From: Callorhinchus milii
Lineage: Eukaryota
Reading direction: 5' to 3'
Length of the DNA stretch: 64,000 nucleotides
Assembly (NCBI RefSeq): GCF_018977255.1
Contig: NW_024704742.1
Location: forward strand, 6,946,001 to 7,010,000
Positions 12,203 to 22,755 of this stretch are shown here, piece by piece. The position numbers and the translations under genes are program-made. Numbering within the stretch: position 1 is the stretch's first letter; each line of letters opens with the position of its first letter. The notes beneath the pieces are model-generated. The model did not search any database and was not told the DNA's origin. It saw only the letters and a list, made by a program, of their open reading frames with translations.

Positions 12203-12415
12203 AACAACAACTTGCATTTTCGTAACGCTCTTCACGTAACATCTCGGAGCGCTATACAAAGATGGTGCCGAACAGCGGGAGTTGGGGTTGTCATAGTAAC
12301 TCCGCACTTTACAGTGAAAGTGAAACCTGTTTCTCCTCAACAAGAGAGCGCTCTGAGATGCTACCCTGCGCGGAGGGCGCAATAAAAGTGCAAGTTGTTG
12401 TTGTAGTTGTTATTG
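12203..12415. mobile_element. Two type-2 L2 tails head-to-head (12203-12260 on -, 12345-12415 on +)
   Basis: (CAA)nCTTGCATTT...GGAGCGCT and AGCGCTCTGAGATGCTACCC...GCAAG(TTG)n. Confidence 0.7.
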
Positions 12416-12919
12416 TTGACAGGCACCTGAGGCCAACCAGCTATTCCCAGACACAGCAAGAAACCCTGGCAACTGACACAAAGACAAAGGGTTGAAAAAT
12501 ATAACATTTCATAGCAGATTTGATGTGATAATTATCACAAATCTGTTCAGAACTATAGGAATTCCAGTTGATAATTATTCAATGGTTTTGGGTATGTCTC
12601 TCCCTCAATCCCTCCCCCCAGCCCCTGAAATTCAGCATAACAATTGGGTCTGAAGCTTTAAGAGTTTAAGTCTGTAACTCACTGACTTCTAGCCAGGTAC
12701 CAGCATCACTGAAAAAAAGATTTGTCTTTCATTTACTGTCCTGAAAGGACTTAAAGAGATGTCAATTTGACCAAAATATTGTTGTTTCTGAAGTGTCGGT
12801 TTTACTACTAGTTTTCTTCAACAAGTATCCCGTGAAGAGGCAATTACTACTAATCCTTTCATTTCCATTTGGCATAGCGCCTTATCACGTCATGGAGAGT
12901 GTTAAGTCAAAACTGTGCA

Positions 12920-13005
12920 AGTTCAAATTCCTGACGTGGAGCTCAAACCTACAGCCTCTGACTCAGAGGCGAGAGTGTTACCAACTGACCGAGCTAAACG
13001 TCAGT
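12920..13005 (-). mobile_element. Family B SINE head fragment
   Basis: CCTGACGTGGAGCTCAAACCTACAGCCTCTGACTCAGAGGCGAGAGTGTTACCAACTGA. Confidence 0.7.
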
Positions 13006-13567
13006 TCCAGGTTCAGGGACGTGAATTTTGTCCACCAAGTGACAATCCAAAATCCTATCCGAATATTTTGAAACCAGCTTCGGACCCAACCATGGAACAG
13101 AAGGCGGGTTGACGTTCACACCCAAGAAACTTAATAATTATCCCCTGACACCGTGTTGAAGGTGTTAAAAAACGTGCTATTTTTCGCCCTCGAAGAAAGC
13201 AGTAAATCACTCAAAAGAGCACTGTTGCTTCTGTCAGTTCGGGAGTCTGATACAAGCTTCACTTAACACGGATCCCAAGTCAGTGAGTTACAGACCAGAG
13301 ATTTGACACATAGGGAACATATTCTCTTCACTCAGCCCTTTAACTCATGAGCTGGGAAGTAAAAGTGTCATTACCCTATCTCTGCTATCTCTGGAAACTA
13401 CATTCCACCACTGAGACCCTTACAATTCCAATGTAATCTGAAGATTGCAGTGAGACAGATTTCAGCCACACGAGAAGGGCTCAGATGTGCAGTGTTTCTT
13501 TCAATCATTTATGTGTTACACGTAAAGAAAACTATAATTTTAACAATACAAATATTATTAAATTATT

Positions 13568-13760
13568 CTAATAATAATCCTTGCATTGGATATAGCGCCT
13601 TATCACGTCTTCAAGACGTCTCAAAGCGCTTCACAGAATATACTATCCAGTGAATTGACTGTATATTTTGTGGGTGAAACACGGCAGCCAATTGTGCACA
13701 GCAGCGTCCCCACAAACAGTCGTGGATTGAGTGACCAAATTATTATTATTATTATTATTT
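13568..13760 (-). mobile_element. Family A SINE, 5'-truncated
   Basis: Near-consensus reverse-complement 3' half. Confidence 0.9.
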
Positions 13761-13782
13761 TTTGCAACTATCTCTCAGCACT

Positions 13783-14185
13783 ACAACTTCAAGATCATCA
13801 TTCTCATCTTCAAATAACTCCACGGCCTTTCTCCCCTCCACCAGCCTCCTCTCCAATCTCCCGCGATCCTATTCCCCCGCCCACCCCTCTCCCCATTCTG
13901 CCAACTCTAGTTTGCTTCGTGCCCCTGTCCGGCCCCACCCCACCAATTACGAGGTGAGGTTTCAGCCGCTTTCCCCACCGTTCCAATTCCCACCAACTTG
14001 CTTCCTCGCTCAAAACTCAGCTAAAAACCTCTCTCTCCAACTGCGTCTTTGACCACCTCCCACAAATCTCTCCCCTCCCCTCCTCCACCTCCAGCCTAGC
14101 ATGAGCTCCCACCCCGTTTTTGTAAAGCGTCGAGACATTTTCCACCCGTGGGTGAACGTTGCCGTACAAGTAGAAATTATTGCTG
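13783..14185 (+). mobile_element. L2 LINE 3' fragment (decayed ORF2 C-terminus + 3' UTR)
   Basis: Decayed FKIIILIFK-LHGLSP motif typical of L2 ORF2; C/T-rich 3' UTR; degenerate tail GTAAAGCGTCGAGAC...GTGAACGTTGC. Confidence 0.7.
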
Positions 14186-14695
14186 TAACGTCGGTTGAAG
14201 CACACCCCCTCCTTTCCTGGGGCTCCCTGCGGAACATACCAGAGTTCGAGCTGGAGCAGCAGACAGCCTTGCAGATGTGGGCACCATTCCTCAGATTCAC
14301 TGGGGAACAATTACAAAGCAATAAAACTGCAGCACGTCGCTCTCCGCCTCCTCTCCTCCTGCTGTGGTTCAAACCAACACTGAGATCAACTGGATTACCA
14401 ATTTAACAGACATAACCAGCCTCACGGCGCAAATTATTTCACTACGTTCCTAAACTCTGGGTGGGGGGTTAGAATGGTATGAAATGGTTATGTTAACAGG
14501 ATAGGCCGTGTTGTGTTGTGTTCGGTTCCTTGCTCAGACCTGCACTGATCTGCAATACAGGCTGCATTTGATCCTGTACTTTTGACCTTTCCAGTGCCCC
14601 CCCCCGAACTTCCCTTCGTAGTGGATTGAGAATCTAACATGCGGTGAGCAGCTCTGACGCAAGTTTTTCTGCTCGACTGAAGCCACGCTGATGTC

Positions 14696-15045
14696 GTGGA
14701 GTCCTGTAGCTCAGTGGTTAGAGCAAGCGAGAGAGCCGGGTTTGATTCCCGGCAGGACAAAACCTTGGGCAAGTTTCCTTACTCCACACGCCTCTGTTTA
14801 CCGAGCAGTAAAGAGGAACCCGGTTATTAGTCGATTGGAGGATCACTTTTCCGGAGGTAATAATTCCTTCAAAAAAATAAAATAATAAATTGGTCTCTTC
14901 AATCCACGACTGTTTGTGGTACACCGCTGACACGTTTCGCTCACAAAATATACCTTCAACTCGCTTAACAGTGTATTCTGTGAAATGATTTGAGACGGCT
15001 CGAAGACGTGATAAGGCGCTATATCAAATGCAAGGATTATTAATA
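14696..15045 (+). mobile_element. Family A SINE, full length (~350 bp)
   Basis: GTGGAGTCCTGTAGCTCAGTGGTTAGAGC head, CCTTGGGCAAGTTTCCTTACTCCACACGCCTCTGTTTACC CORE-like block, L2-type tail. Confidence 0.9.
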
Positions 15046-15284
15046 TTGTTGTTGAGGGGATGCTTATTGGACAGACTGCTGTTGTCCAATAACAGCAACA
15101 GTTATTCCTGTCACACGGATTCTTGCTCAAAGGTAAAATGAGTGCCATTTCTTCTCACTTAAAACAAACTTGTGTTCATCAAGGACCCGGAGGCCAATGC
15201 CAAGGCATGAAACATTTTGCCAAGTTTGTCAACCCCGTGTTAGTGAGCATCAAGCATCTCAAGATAAGGTACAGTGCAGGGTTT

Positions 15285-15780
15285 TTCTTTGTTTGGGTTA
15301 CCAGGTGTCCAACACACGTGGAAACCAATCACTATAGTTAAGACGAGACCAGACAAAGTTCCACATATGGAAACCACCTCGCCATGGAAATTCATGTGTC
15401 TCGAATGGAATGCGAACGCTCTCCCTGGAAGGACGCCTTTTGCTTAACTAAATCAGGAGAGTATTAGTCACATGTTGGCAAGAGCCAAGCCTCGGGGTCC
15501 TAGAATTGGTGTACTGATGGAGAGTAACAAGCTGAAAACAGCAAAAACATGCTTCTCAGAGTACTTTCTGGCAAGCTTCCTGCTGCTTACCTAGCTTGGA
15601 CCACCCTACCCTTTAGGACGTTGGCCAGCAGGGTTAACAGAAGTAACTGGTTTGCTCCTCTAAATTCTGCCAATGAGCCAGGCTGGCTGGTCTGTCAGTG
15701 CCCTGCAGTATTGCCCTGGGATACTACAGATCAGCCTAGCTTAGGAACCAGAGATACAGTACAACAGGAGATCCATTATA
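15285..15780 (-). mobile_element. Family C retroposon, diverged copy
   Basis: TTGGCAAGAGCCAAGCC, CTGGCAAGCTTCCTGCTGCTTACCTAGCTTGGACCACCCTACCC shared with the other copies. Confidence 0.75.
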
Positions 15781-16721
15781 CAGCGGAATACAAAGTAAAA
15801 TAGCCTCAAAAGAATACACAATTGTATCAATATGATGTTCACCACAACCGCAATCGCTGTGGTTCTCTGAGCCACAGTTCGTTTTTCTACCAACCTAAGA
15901 TTCATTACTACACAAAAGGATCGAGTTTCTTTTTCAGCAAGAAAAATGCATTCCAATATTTGGCAAACAATCAAATGAAAGTTAACACGCATACCTCCCA
16001 AATCTGTCAATTTTTTAAATGACGTGGGAGATTTATAATTACTCGTAATCGTAGTGACTAAAAATGCTCACGTGAATTACTTCAATATGATACTACCTTA
16101 TGCTCACGTGATCTGTGATGTATTACATGTATGTTATGGCAGGGAGTTAAGGATAGGTTTACACTCTTGCCCTTCAGCCCCACATACCTCCTTGCCACAG
16201 TGAATTGAATTCCGCTTCAATGGTGAAGCATAGCCTCATTATCAAGGTATATGATTGCAAGTACAGATTGAAGTACGAGTACAACATTGAAACACATTAC
16301 ATTGAACAGCCTTAATTCTGGTTAATGGTCTGAGTATGACAGTGTATAATGTCTTAAGTGGCAGCGACCTGCATTGCTGCAGAGTCTTGAACAAGAGCAC
16401 TTTGAAGATGCCATGTATTTAGGTTTACACTGCTGGTTTCAATTTTCATTTTAAACAACTTCCACGTGCCATTCTATGAATGAAAGAAACATAAAGCAGA
16501 TGTGACTTGAGAAAAACATTAACTTGCTTCGGTGATCAGTCAAATTATGGATCCTTGGTCACTGGCTCGAATGGTTGCACACAGGAGCAGACATCCGAGA
16601 GGTTTGAGTTTCAGCGGAGCTTGGTTACCAGGCTGTTCCACGTAAATGTTCTGCAGGAAAAACCTCGTGGGAAGTGGCTTTGGTCAAGTCATGCCTCCTA
16701 CTGACCAATAAACCCAAGTAC

Positions 16722-16746
16722 GCAGGCAGGCAGGCAGGCAGGCAGG
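16722..16746. repeat. (GCAG)n microsatellite
   Basis: Direct reading, ~6 units. Confidence 0.9.
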
Positions 16747-17479
16747 AGTGAGGGAAGGAGGAATTGGATTGTATAGAGCTTTATCCTGTCAACACAACTC
16801 GAAGAGCTTCACAAATAACTACAGACAATTGCAATATCTGTTTTTCTAGGTAAGCGGGGCAGGCATTTTACATTGGCTACATTCCACCATCAGCCATGGC
16901 CAATTAATCGGGAGGATTGTTGACCAGGATAGAGTCCCAGACTCACGGTTGAAAGACAATTCAAGCACAAAGTGGTTCAAGCACCAATCTTTTCCAAAGC
17001 CTACAAGTGATTCAAAATGGGGCAAAGCTGGTGCTGGGGAGGGGGAAGGAAATCGAACAATGAATGAACATGAAGTGAGTATCAAAGCAAACTTCAAGAT
17101 AACGTGGTCAGCTTCGTCCAATGACTCGCCAACTGTGTTCTTGTAAGTGAGACGTGAAAAAATGGTTGACGTGCAGGTCGTGAGTCTGCTGCTATCATCA
17201 CGGCCTGTGCGCCGCTGGAGGATGTTAGTGACCTTCCAAAGCCATGTGGTTAGGGACATTAACTGTGTCCCCTGCCAATGGTGTAACTTTCAGATGCTTT
17301 GCTCCATCTCTCTGGAACTCTCTTCCCAAGCCTCTCTGCCTCACTCTCTTTTTCCTGTGCTTAAAAATGGCCGACTTCTGGGTAATCAGATGACCATTCA
17401 GGGCTAATCAGGACTGGACGCACCACACTTGAATTTAGTTTGGGTCCACAGGAGACCAAAGTAGATGTGTGCTATATCT

Positions 17480-17930
17480 TATAATTTGCACCTGGATAGC
17501 AATTTTCAAATAGAGCGAAAGCTTCAAAGCACTGCACAAAAACTGAGAGGGAGGCCAAGCTGACAGTAAGATAGGAAGGGTTTGGGTGAAACAGATGGAT
17601 TTTTAAATGGTTTTTGAAAGCCAAAATGAAGGGGCTGAGGCAGAGAGCTTTGGGAAGAGAGTTGCAGAGGATGGGAGTGTCTTGTCTGAATGCTCACTTG
17701 CTGATAGTGGAGTGGGGTGGATGGGAACAGGAGTTGGCGGAGCTGGGGAAGTGGTTGGGGGAGTAGGGGTCAAAGGAGATGGCAGAGATAAGGGTGATAA
17801 AAGTCCACAGAGGTATTTGAAGGGGAGGACGAAGATCGTAAAAGTTGATCTGATGAGTGGAGCAGTTATAGGATATAACACATATAGATATCTGGACAGC
17901 GAGTTGGATCTTTTTATATTCTGCAACTTT
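17480..17930 (-). mobile_element. L2 LINE 3' fragment, old
   Basis: Purine-rich plus strand with TTTGGGAAGAGAGTTGCAGAG and GTATTTGAAGGGGAGGACGAAGATCGTAAAAGTTGATC, collinear with 44755-45270. Confidence 0.65.
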
Positions 17931-18084
17931 TTACACTTTTGATAAGTGAAAACTGGTTGTTAAACCTGAGAATTTGGCATTAATCATTTCAGTGTTGGAA
18001 GCCAGAGTGACAATCAACCCAAACAGACACATATCAAAACTCAGGGGTTCTTAACCACAACCTTCAGCAACAGTGAATCACGCC

Positions 18085-18265
18085 AATAGAATTACATAGA
18101 ATTTTACATAGAATTTTACAGAATATTACAGCATGTGAACAGGCCATTCGGCCCAACAAGTCACGTGGCATTTATACACCACATGAATCTCCACCCCTCT
18201 TAATTCCTCTTGACCATACCTGTATATTCTCTACATTATATTTTCCATGAAATATTTTTCACTTG
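18085..18265 (-). mobile_element. CR1 LINE 3' end with (ATTCTATGT)-like tandem tail
   Basis: ATAGAATTACATAGAATTTTACATAGAAT...AACAGGCCATTCGGCCCAAC; CR1 ATTCTRTG tail plus terminal hairpin motif. Confidence 0.75.
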
Positions 18266-18454
18266 GAGTATGGTTCATTAAAAAAAACTGAAACAATTAA
18301 ATAACTGATAAACAATGTGTTTTCACCCACAACCCAGAGAAACACTTACTGTAGTACTGCAATACCAATCTTTTCCAATGCCTACATTGAGGAGATCAGG
18401 AGATCCTGGTTTTTGGAGGGATCAGCCGGATCATAACACAAGCAGAAACTCATC

Positions 18455-18765
18455 AACGTGCATAAGAGTATCCAAACCAAGCTGATATTTCCATGCTTCC
18501 CACCTACACATGGAAATCCCAGAGATAGATTGTTGGAATGGAATGGGCACTCTCTCCCTGGTGGGATGCATTCTGCTTACCTAATTCTGGAAAGTATTAG
18601 ACGTAGGTTAACAAGAGCTAAGGCTTGGGGACCCCCGAGATTGTGCGTTGGGGTAACTGCTAGAGTCCAACCAGCTAAAACTACTTAGCTTGCCATTGAT
18701 ATCACTATCTGGCAATGCTTTCTCGCTGCTTGTCCCAGCTAGGACCACCCTACCTGTTAGGGCCT
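18455..18765 (-). mobile_element. Family C retroposon fragment
   Basis: Reverse complement of the 11476-11770 segment. Confidence 0.85.
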
Positions 18766-18824
18766 CTAATTAAGCATAGTAATTTGTGCTGAATTGGTAG
18801 GGGAAGTTTTATGGCTGCATCTTT

Positions 18825-18945
18825 TTTTCACAAAAGACCCTAATAGCCAGGAGAGGGAAATTTCATCCCATCAATCTTGTCTGAATGTTTAAGCCTGAAT
18901 ACCAGAGATGAAAGACCAGAGCATATATCAACATCCATCCAGACT
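18825..18945 (-). mobile_element. LF-SINE-like 5' fragment
   Basis: Reverse reads GTCTGGATGGATG...GTCTTTCATCTCTGGTATTCAGGCTTAAACATTCAGACAAGATTGATGGGATGAAA, resembling the LF-SINE head GACTGGATGG...CCTTTCACCTCTAGG as recalled from memory. Confidence 0.35.
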
Positions 18946-19084
18946 TTCTACTGTTTTGTGGACAACACAAGCTAAGGAAGAGAGATTGTAAGCAATAAAA
19001 GCAGCTTAACTAATGTCAGGATCGAGACAGTATACAAGACTGGAGAGGGAAGCAGAAAATCAAATACATGAAACAGGAATCACT

Positions 19085-19372
19085 AAAGACTTTGAGCCCA
19101 CAGTCTAAGCTGAGACTCCTGGACAGTGCTGTCCTTCAAATGAGATATTAAACCAAGGTCTCACCTGCTTGCTCAAATAGATGTTTCAAAGATCCTGTAG
19201 CATGACTCAAAAAAAAAGTGAGTTTCTCCTGATACCCAGATATAATTTGTCAATTTGTGTGCAAGCTGACTTCTGCGCTTGTCACAATACTTTACAGTAA
19301 AACTCTTTGAAGCATTGTGAGACTTTTCAACCATGTGACAAGGCACAATAACAAATGCAAGGATTATTATTA
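19085..19372 (+). mobile_element. Family B Deu-SINE, diverged
   Basis: ATGAGATATTAAACCAAGGTCTCACCTGC...AAAGATCCTGTAGCA Deu domain plus tail. Confidence 0.7.
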
Positions 19373-19912
19373 AAAAGCGAAAGAAAGCAAACAGTTTTCA
19401 AAAAGCTGGACACATGAAGAGGAGGTTAAAGGACTATTAATGGTCTTCAAGGAGCACTACTGGTGATTTGTACTGTTGGATGACTGGGAATAACCTCAAT
19501 TATTTGTTCGTTTATTATCTTCTAATACAGAGAGATTTAAAAGGCCACCAAGGAGAGCAAATTCCTCATTTGCAACAGCCCGCTAATAAACTCAGGTCTA
19601 TGGCTGCTATGCTACCTGCTGGGGTATGTATATGCACAGACTTCTATCCTATAAAAAAAACATACGTGAAAAGGGACACAAGTACATGCATTGTGCATTT
19701 AGTTCTATACTTCTCAAGAGTTTACTATCTGCTGCTAACTTAGGTCATAAGGCATAGCTTTCAATGACAGTTGACATTTGCAAGCTATACTATGTTCTTT
19801 ATGCTCATAGAAATGCATTTAGAAAAAGTTCTCACAAAAGAAAGCATAGAACTGTATTAGCTACGGGAGAGAGAGACCATTTCTGATCAAAAGTCCTTTT
19901 AAACCAATCTTT

Positions 19913-20105
19913 TTGGCCACCACTGTCAAGAAAAAAATATTTTCAAGCCAAGAAAAATGCATTTGTTTAACCAACCATTTTATCAAATACATTTTTCTTG
20001 ACTGAATATTTCTCGATTCATGGCCACACAATAAATATCGTTGCTCATTAATTATTGGGGGGAAAAAAATGATTTAACACAGACGAGTGCAAATGTTCAG
20101 CCCTT
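19913..20105. mobile_element. Palindromic DNA-transposon remnant related to the hAT MITE at 38277-38553
   Basis: CAAATACATTTTTCTTGACTGAATATTTCTCGATTCATGGCC and AGACGAGTGCAAATGTTCAGCC align with 38307-38433. Confidence 0.55.
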
Positions 20106-20169
20106 GTGAAATTAATTGATTTCCATCTCTACCTTCTCTCCACCTTCGAAGCATAAGAACCTGTTTTTT

Positions 20170-20330
20170 TCACTTTGTGGCTTATTTTTTTGGGGGGTGG
20201 AGCTGCAGTGCACAAATTGGCTTCCACCTTCATCTACAATTGCACAATCACTGCACTTTACAGTATTCTCCTGTGAGGCACTTTGAGATTCCTCCTGACG
20301 GAAAAGTGCTATATCAAAACAAATGCATAT
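20170..20330 (+). mobile_element. Family B SINE 3' fragment
   Basis: GTGCACAAATTGGCT...CACTGCACTTTACAGTATTCTCCTGTGAGGCACTTTGAG. Confidence 0.65.
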
Positions 20331-20424
20331 ACAGTATTAGGAAATTAAGTCAATGCAATGAGAAACAACTGGAGACAAACTTTCACGCTGGAGGCACAAA
20401 AATGTGAAAACTAGAGGGAACTCT

Positions 20425-20464
20425 AGTTGGTACCAATCTCAGTTGGTACCAATCTCAGTTGGTA
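20425..20464. repeat. 16-bp tandem repeat x2.5 (AGTTGGTACCAATCTC)
   Basis: Two perfect units plus a half unit; each contains the palindrome TTGGTACCAA. Confidence 0.9.
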
Positions 20465-20539
20465 AATGTTTGTAACAGCATTGCTCATTTGATGCTAATA
20501 TTTAAATTTGCACATGTGGTCACTTACAGCAGGACATAC

Positions 20540-20605
20540 ACAACAACAAAATTACATTTATAGAGCGCCTTTCACGTCGAGAGGACGTCCCAAAGCGCTG
20601 AACAG
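20540..20605 (-). mobile_element. Isolated L2 3' tail (type 1)
   Basis: (CAA)nAATTACATTTATAGAGCGCCTTTCACGTCGAGAGGACGTCCCAAAGCGCTGAAC. Confidence 0.8.
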
Positions 20606-21000
20606 GTAGGTGTCGTGGCCCGAGCATGATATAGATAGATAAGTCAGGAAGAAAAATGGCCATTCATCCCAACTAGTCCATGTCAGTGTTTATACGCCTA
20701 TGTGAAAAAATAGATTCATAATTATTTGCCTTTCCCCACAACTTGGGAAACTAGGAATTTGTGGATCTGTTTGTTGGTTTTTGCTTTCATTCTTTAAATA
20801 ATCTGCAACAGTTTTTTTCCATGTTCCAGTGCACAATGTTGAGTCAATTAAAACGCATCACTGTTCCTCCTTCAAGGGATGCTTCCTCTACTTGCAATCT
20901 GCAGTTCACAAAAAATGCATTGCAATTACACATCCATGAACTGGCTTCAACCGAGTCTCACCAGCTTCAAGCAGATTTCTTTTCCAATAGATCGTGGCTA

Positions 21001-21068
21001 CAACAACCACCACAACAACTTGCATTTATACAGCACCCTTCACACGGGGTAGCGTCCCAGAGCGCTAT
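21001..21068 (-). mobile_element. Isolated L2 3' tail (type 2)
   Basis: CAACAACTTGCATTTATACAGCACCCTTCACACGGGGTAGCGTCCCAGAGCGCT. Confidence 0.8.
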
Positions 21069-21277
21069 AAGAAGCACCAGAGACTGACTGGTAAAAATAA
21101 CTAAGAAAATCAATGGACCAAAAATGGTCATCAGAATTTGGAAGCTAAGGAAAACCTGAGCAGTCTACTCCTCACATTATGATGGATGCAAATCTGTGGC
21201 CAATGTGAACAAAGTTGTTAAAATTATTTTTAGCTTCTCCAGTGCAAAGTGAATGAATCCCAAGAACACAAGTTGGA

Positions 21278-21440
21278 GATAATAGTGATAATCCTTGCAT
21301 TTGATGTGTTTCGTGTTGGGAAGACACCTCAAAGTGCTTCACATGATATACTGTAAAGTGGAGTGACTGTGTATTCGTAGGCGAACGTGGCAGCCAATTT
21401 TGTGCAAAGCAATAGCCCATAAACAGCTGGATGCCAATGA
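21278..21440 (-). mobile_element. Family B SINE 3' fragment
   Basis: Reverse tail ATAATCCTTGCATTTG...CTCAAAGTGCTTCAC...GGCAGCCAATTT. Confidence 0.7.
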
Positions 21441-22169
21441 GATGAAGGCATTTACTGTAATATGCTGTTACAAAGATACCACTTGGATTCCTGTTCCCCC
21501 CGACACCCTCCCCCCTTCCCCACACCAATATTAGGATTGAGCAGACTTCCATGACCGAAACCCATAAAGTTATAACCATGAATGCTTAAATCAAAAAGCT
21601 AAGTTTTGATCCTAGAATCACTTATACACAGGAAATAAACAGTTCATGAAAATGGTTCCGTCCAGCTTTGAAGAAAGGTGAAATTTGATGCAGCTCTAAG
21701 CCAAATCATAAGTGCTGAGGGTGACCTGGATCAAGACATCTGCACCAACAACGTACAACAATGTCTCAAAGCACTTCACATCAATGCAGTGGGAAAAAGG
21801 GTGAAAAGAAATCTAGAGAAGGATAAATAAAATTTCAACAAATCAAATCAAACGTTTCATCAAGGGCTTTTTTGGCAGCTCATCATAATTATTTTTGTCC
21901 CCCTACAACAAAATTCATCTTTCCAAAGCAGATAATACGTCCATTAAAAGTAATTTAATCATGCAGTATAGGTATTTGCATGCACAAAACACGTTAAATT
22001 TTGTTAAACTGCAACTACACTTGCTTTGCAAGATTGTTCTATTAGATCAATGAAGTATTCATAATATGTGATTCTAAAGACTTAACAGTTTTGAATGCAA
22101 CTTTGTTAATTAAACTTAGTTTGATAGCTGGTTGGGGCAAACATGCTTAAGAGTGCTCTTCTCAAGAAT

Positions 22170-22755
22170 GGTAATATTAATCCTTGCATTTGATTTAACA
22201 CCTTTCACATCAGGAGGAAGTCTCAAAGCACATCAGAGTTTACTGTCATATTTATTGAATTTTGAATGGGAACTTTGCAGCCAATTCGAGCACAGTAACG
22301 TCCCACAAACAGCCATGAAAATTTTATTTGGGGGTTTGTCAATAATAGTAATAATAATAGCCCCTTATCACGTCTTCGAGACATCTCAAAGCGCTTCACA
22401 GAATATACTGTAAAGTAAATTGACTGTTTATTTTGTGGGCAAAATGGGGCAGCCAATTGTGCACAGCAGTCATGGATTGTGTGACCAAAGTATTATTCTT
22501 CTTTTATTTTTTTGAAGGGATTATTACCCCTGTAAAAGCGATCTGCCAATCGACTACCGCTAAGTAAACGGAGGCGTGTGGAGTAACGAAACTTGCCCAA
22601 CGTTTCGCCCTGCCCGGGAATCGAATCCAGGTCCTCTTGTTTGCAAGGCGAGCGCTCTAACACTATGCTACAGTACTCCACGTCTTATCTGAAGGACTGC
22701 ACCTCCAACAATTCATCATATCTCCAGCACTGTACTGGAGTGTCAGTCTAGATTC
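22170..22755 (-). mobile_element. Family B SINE pieces (22170-22325 and 22683-22755) flanking a nested family A copy
   Basis: B tail on the left; Deu-adjacent CTTATCTGAAGGACTGCACCTCC...GCACTGTACTGGAGTGTCAGTCTAGA on the right. Confidence 0.6.
22340..22682 (-). mobile_element. Family A SINE, full length
   Basis: Reverse tRNA head ends ...GCTACAGTACTCCAC; core and tail present. Confidence 0.9.

Noticed and set aside
16846..17259. 137-aa minus-strand ORF
   Set aside because: No recognisable motif; splice signals here favour the plus strand
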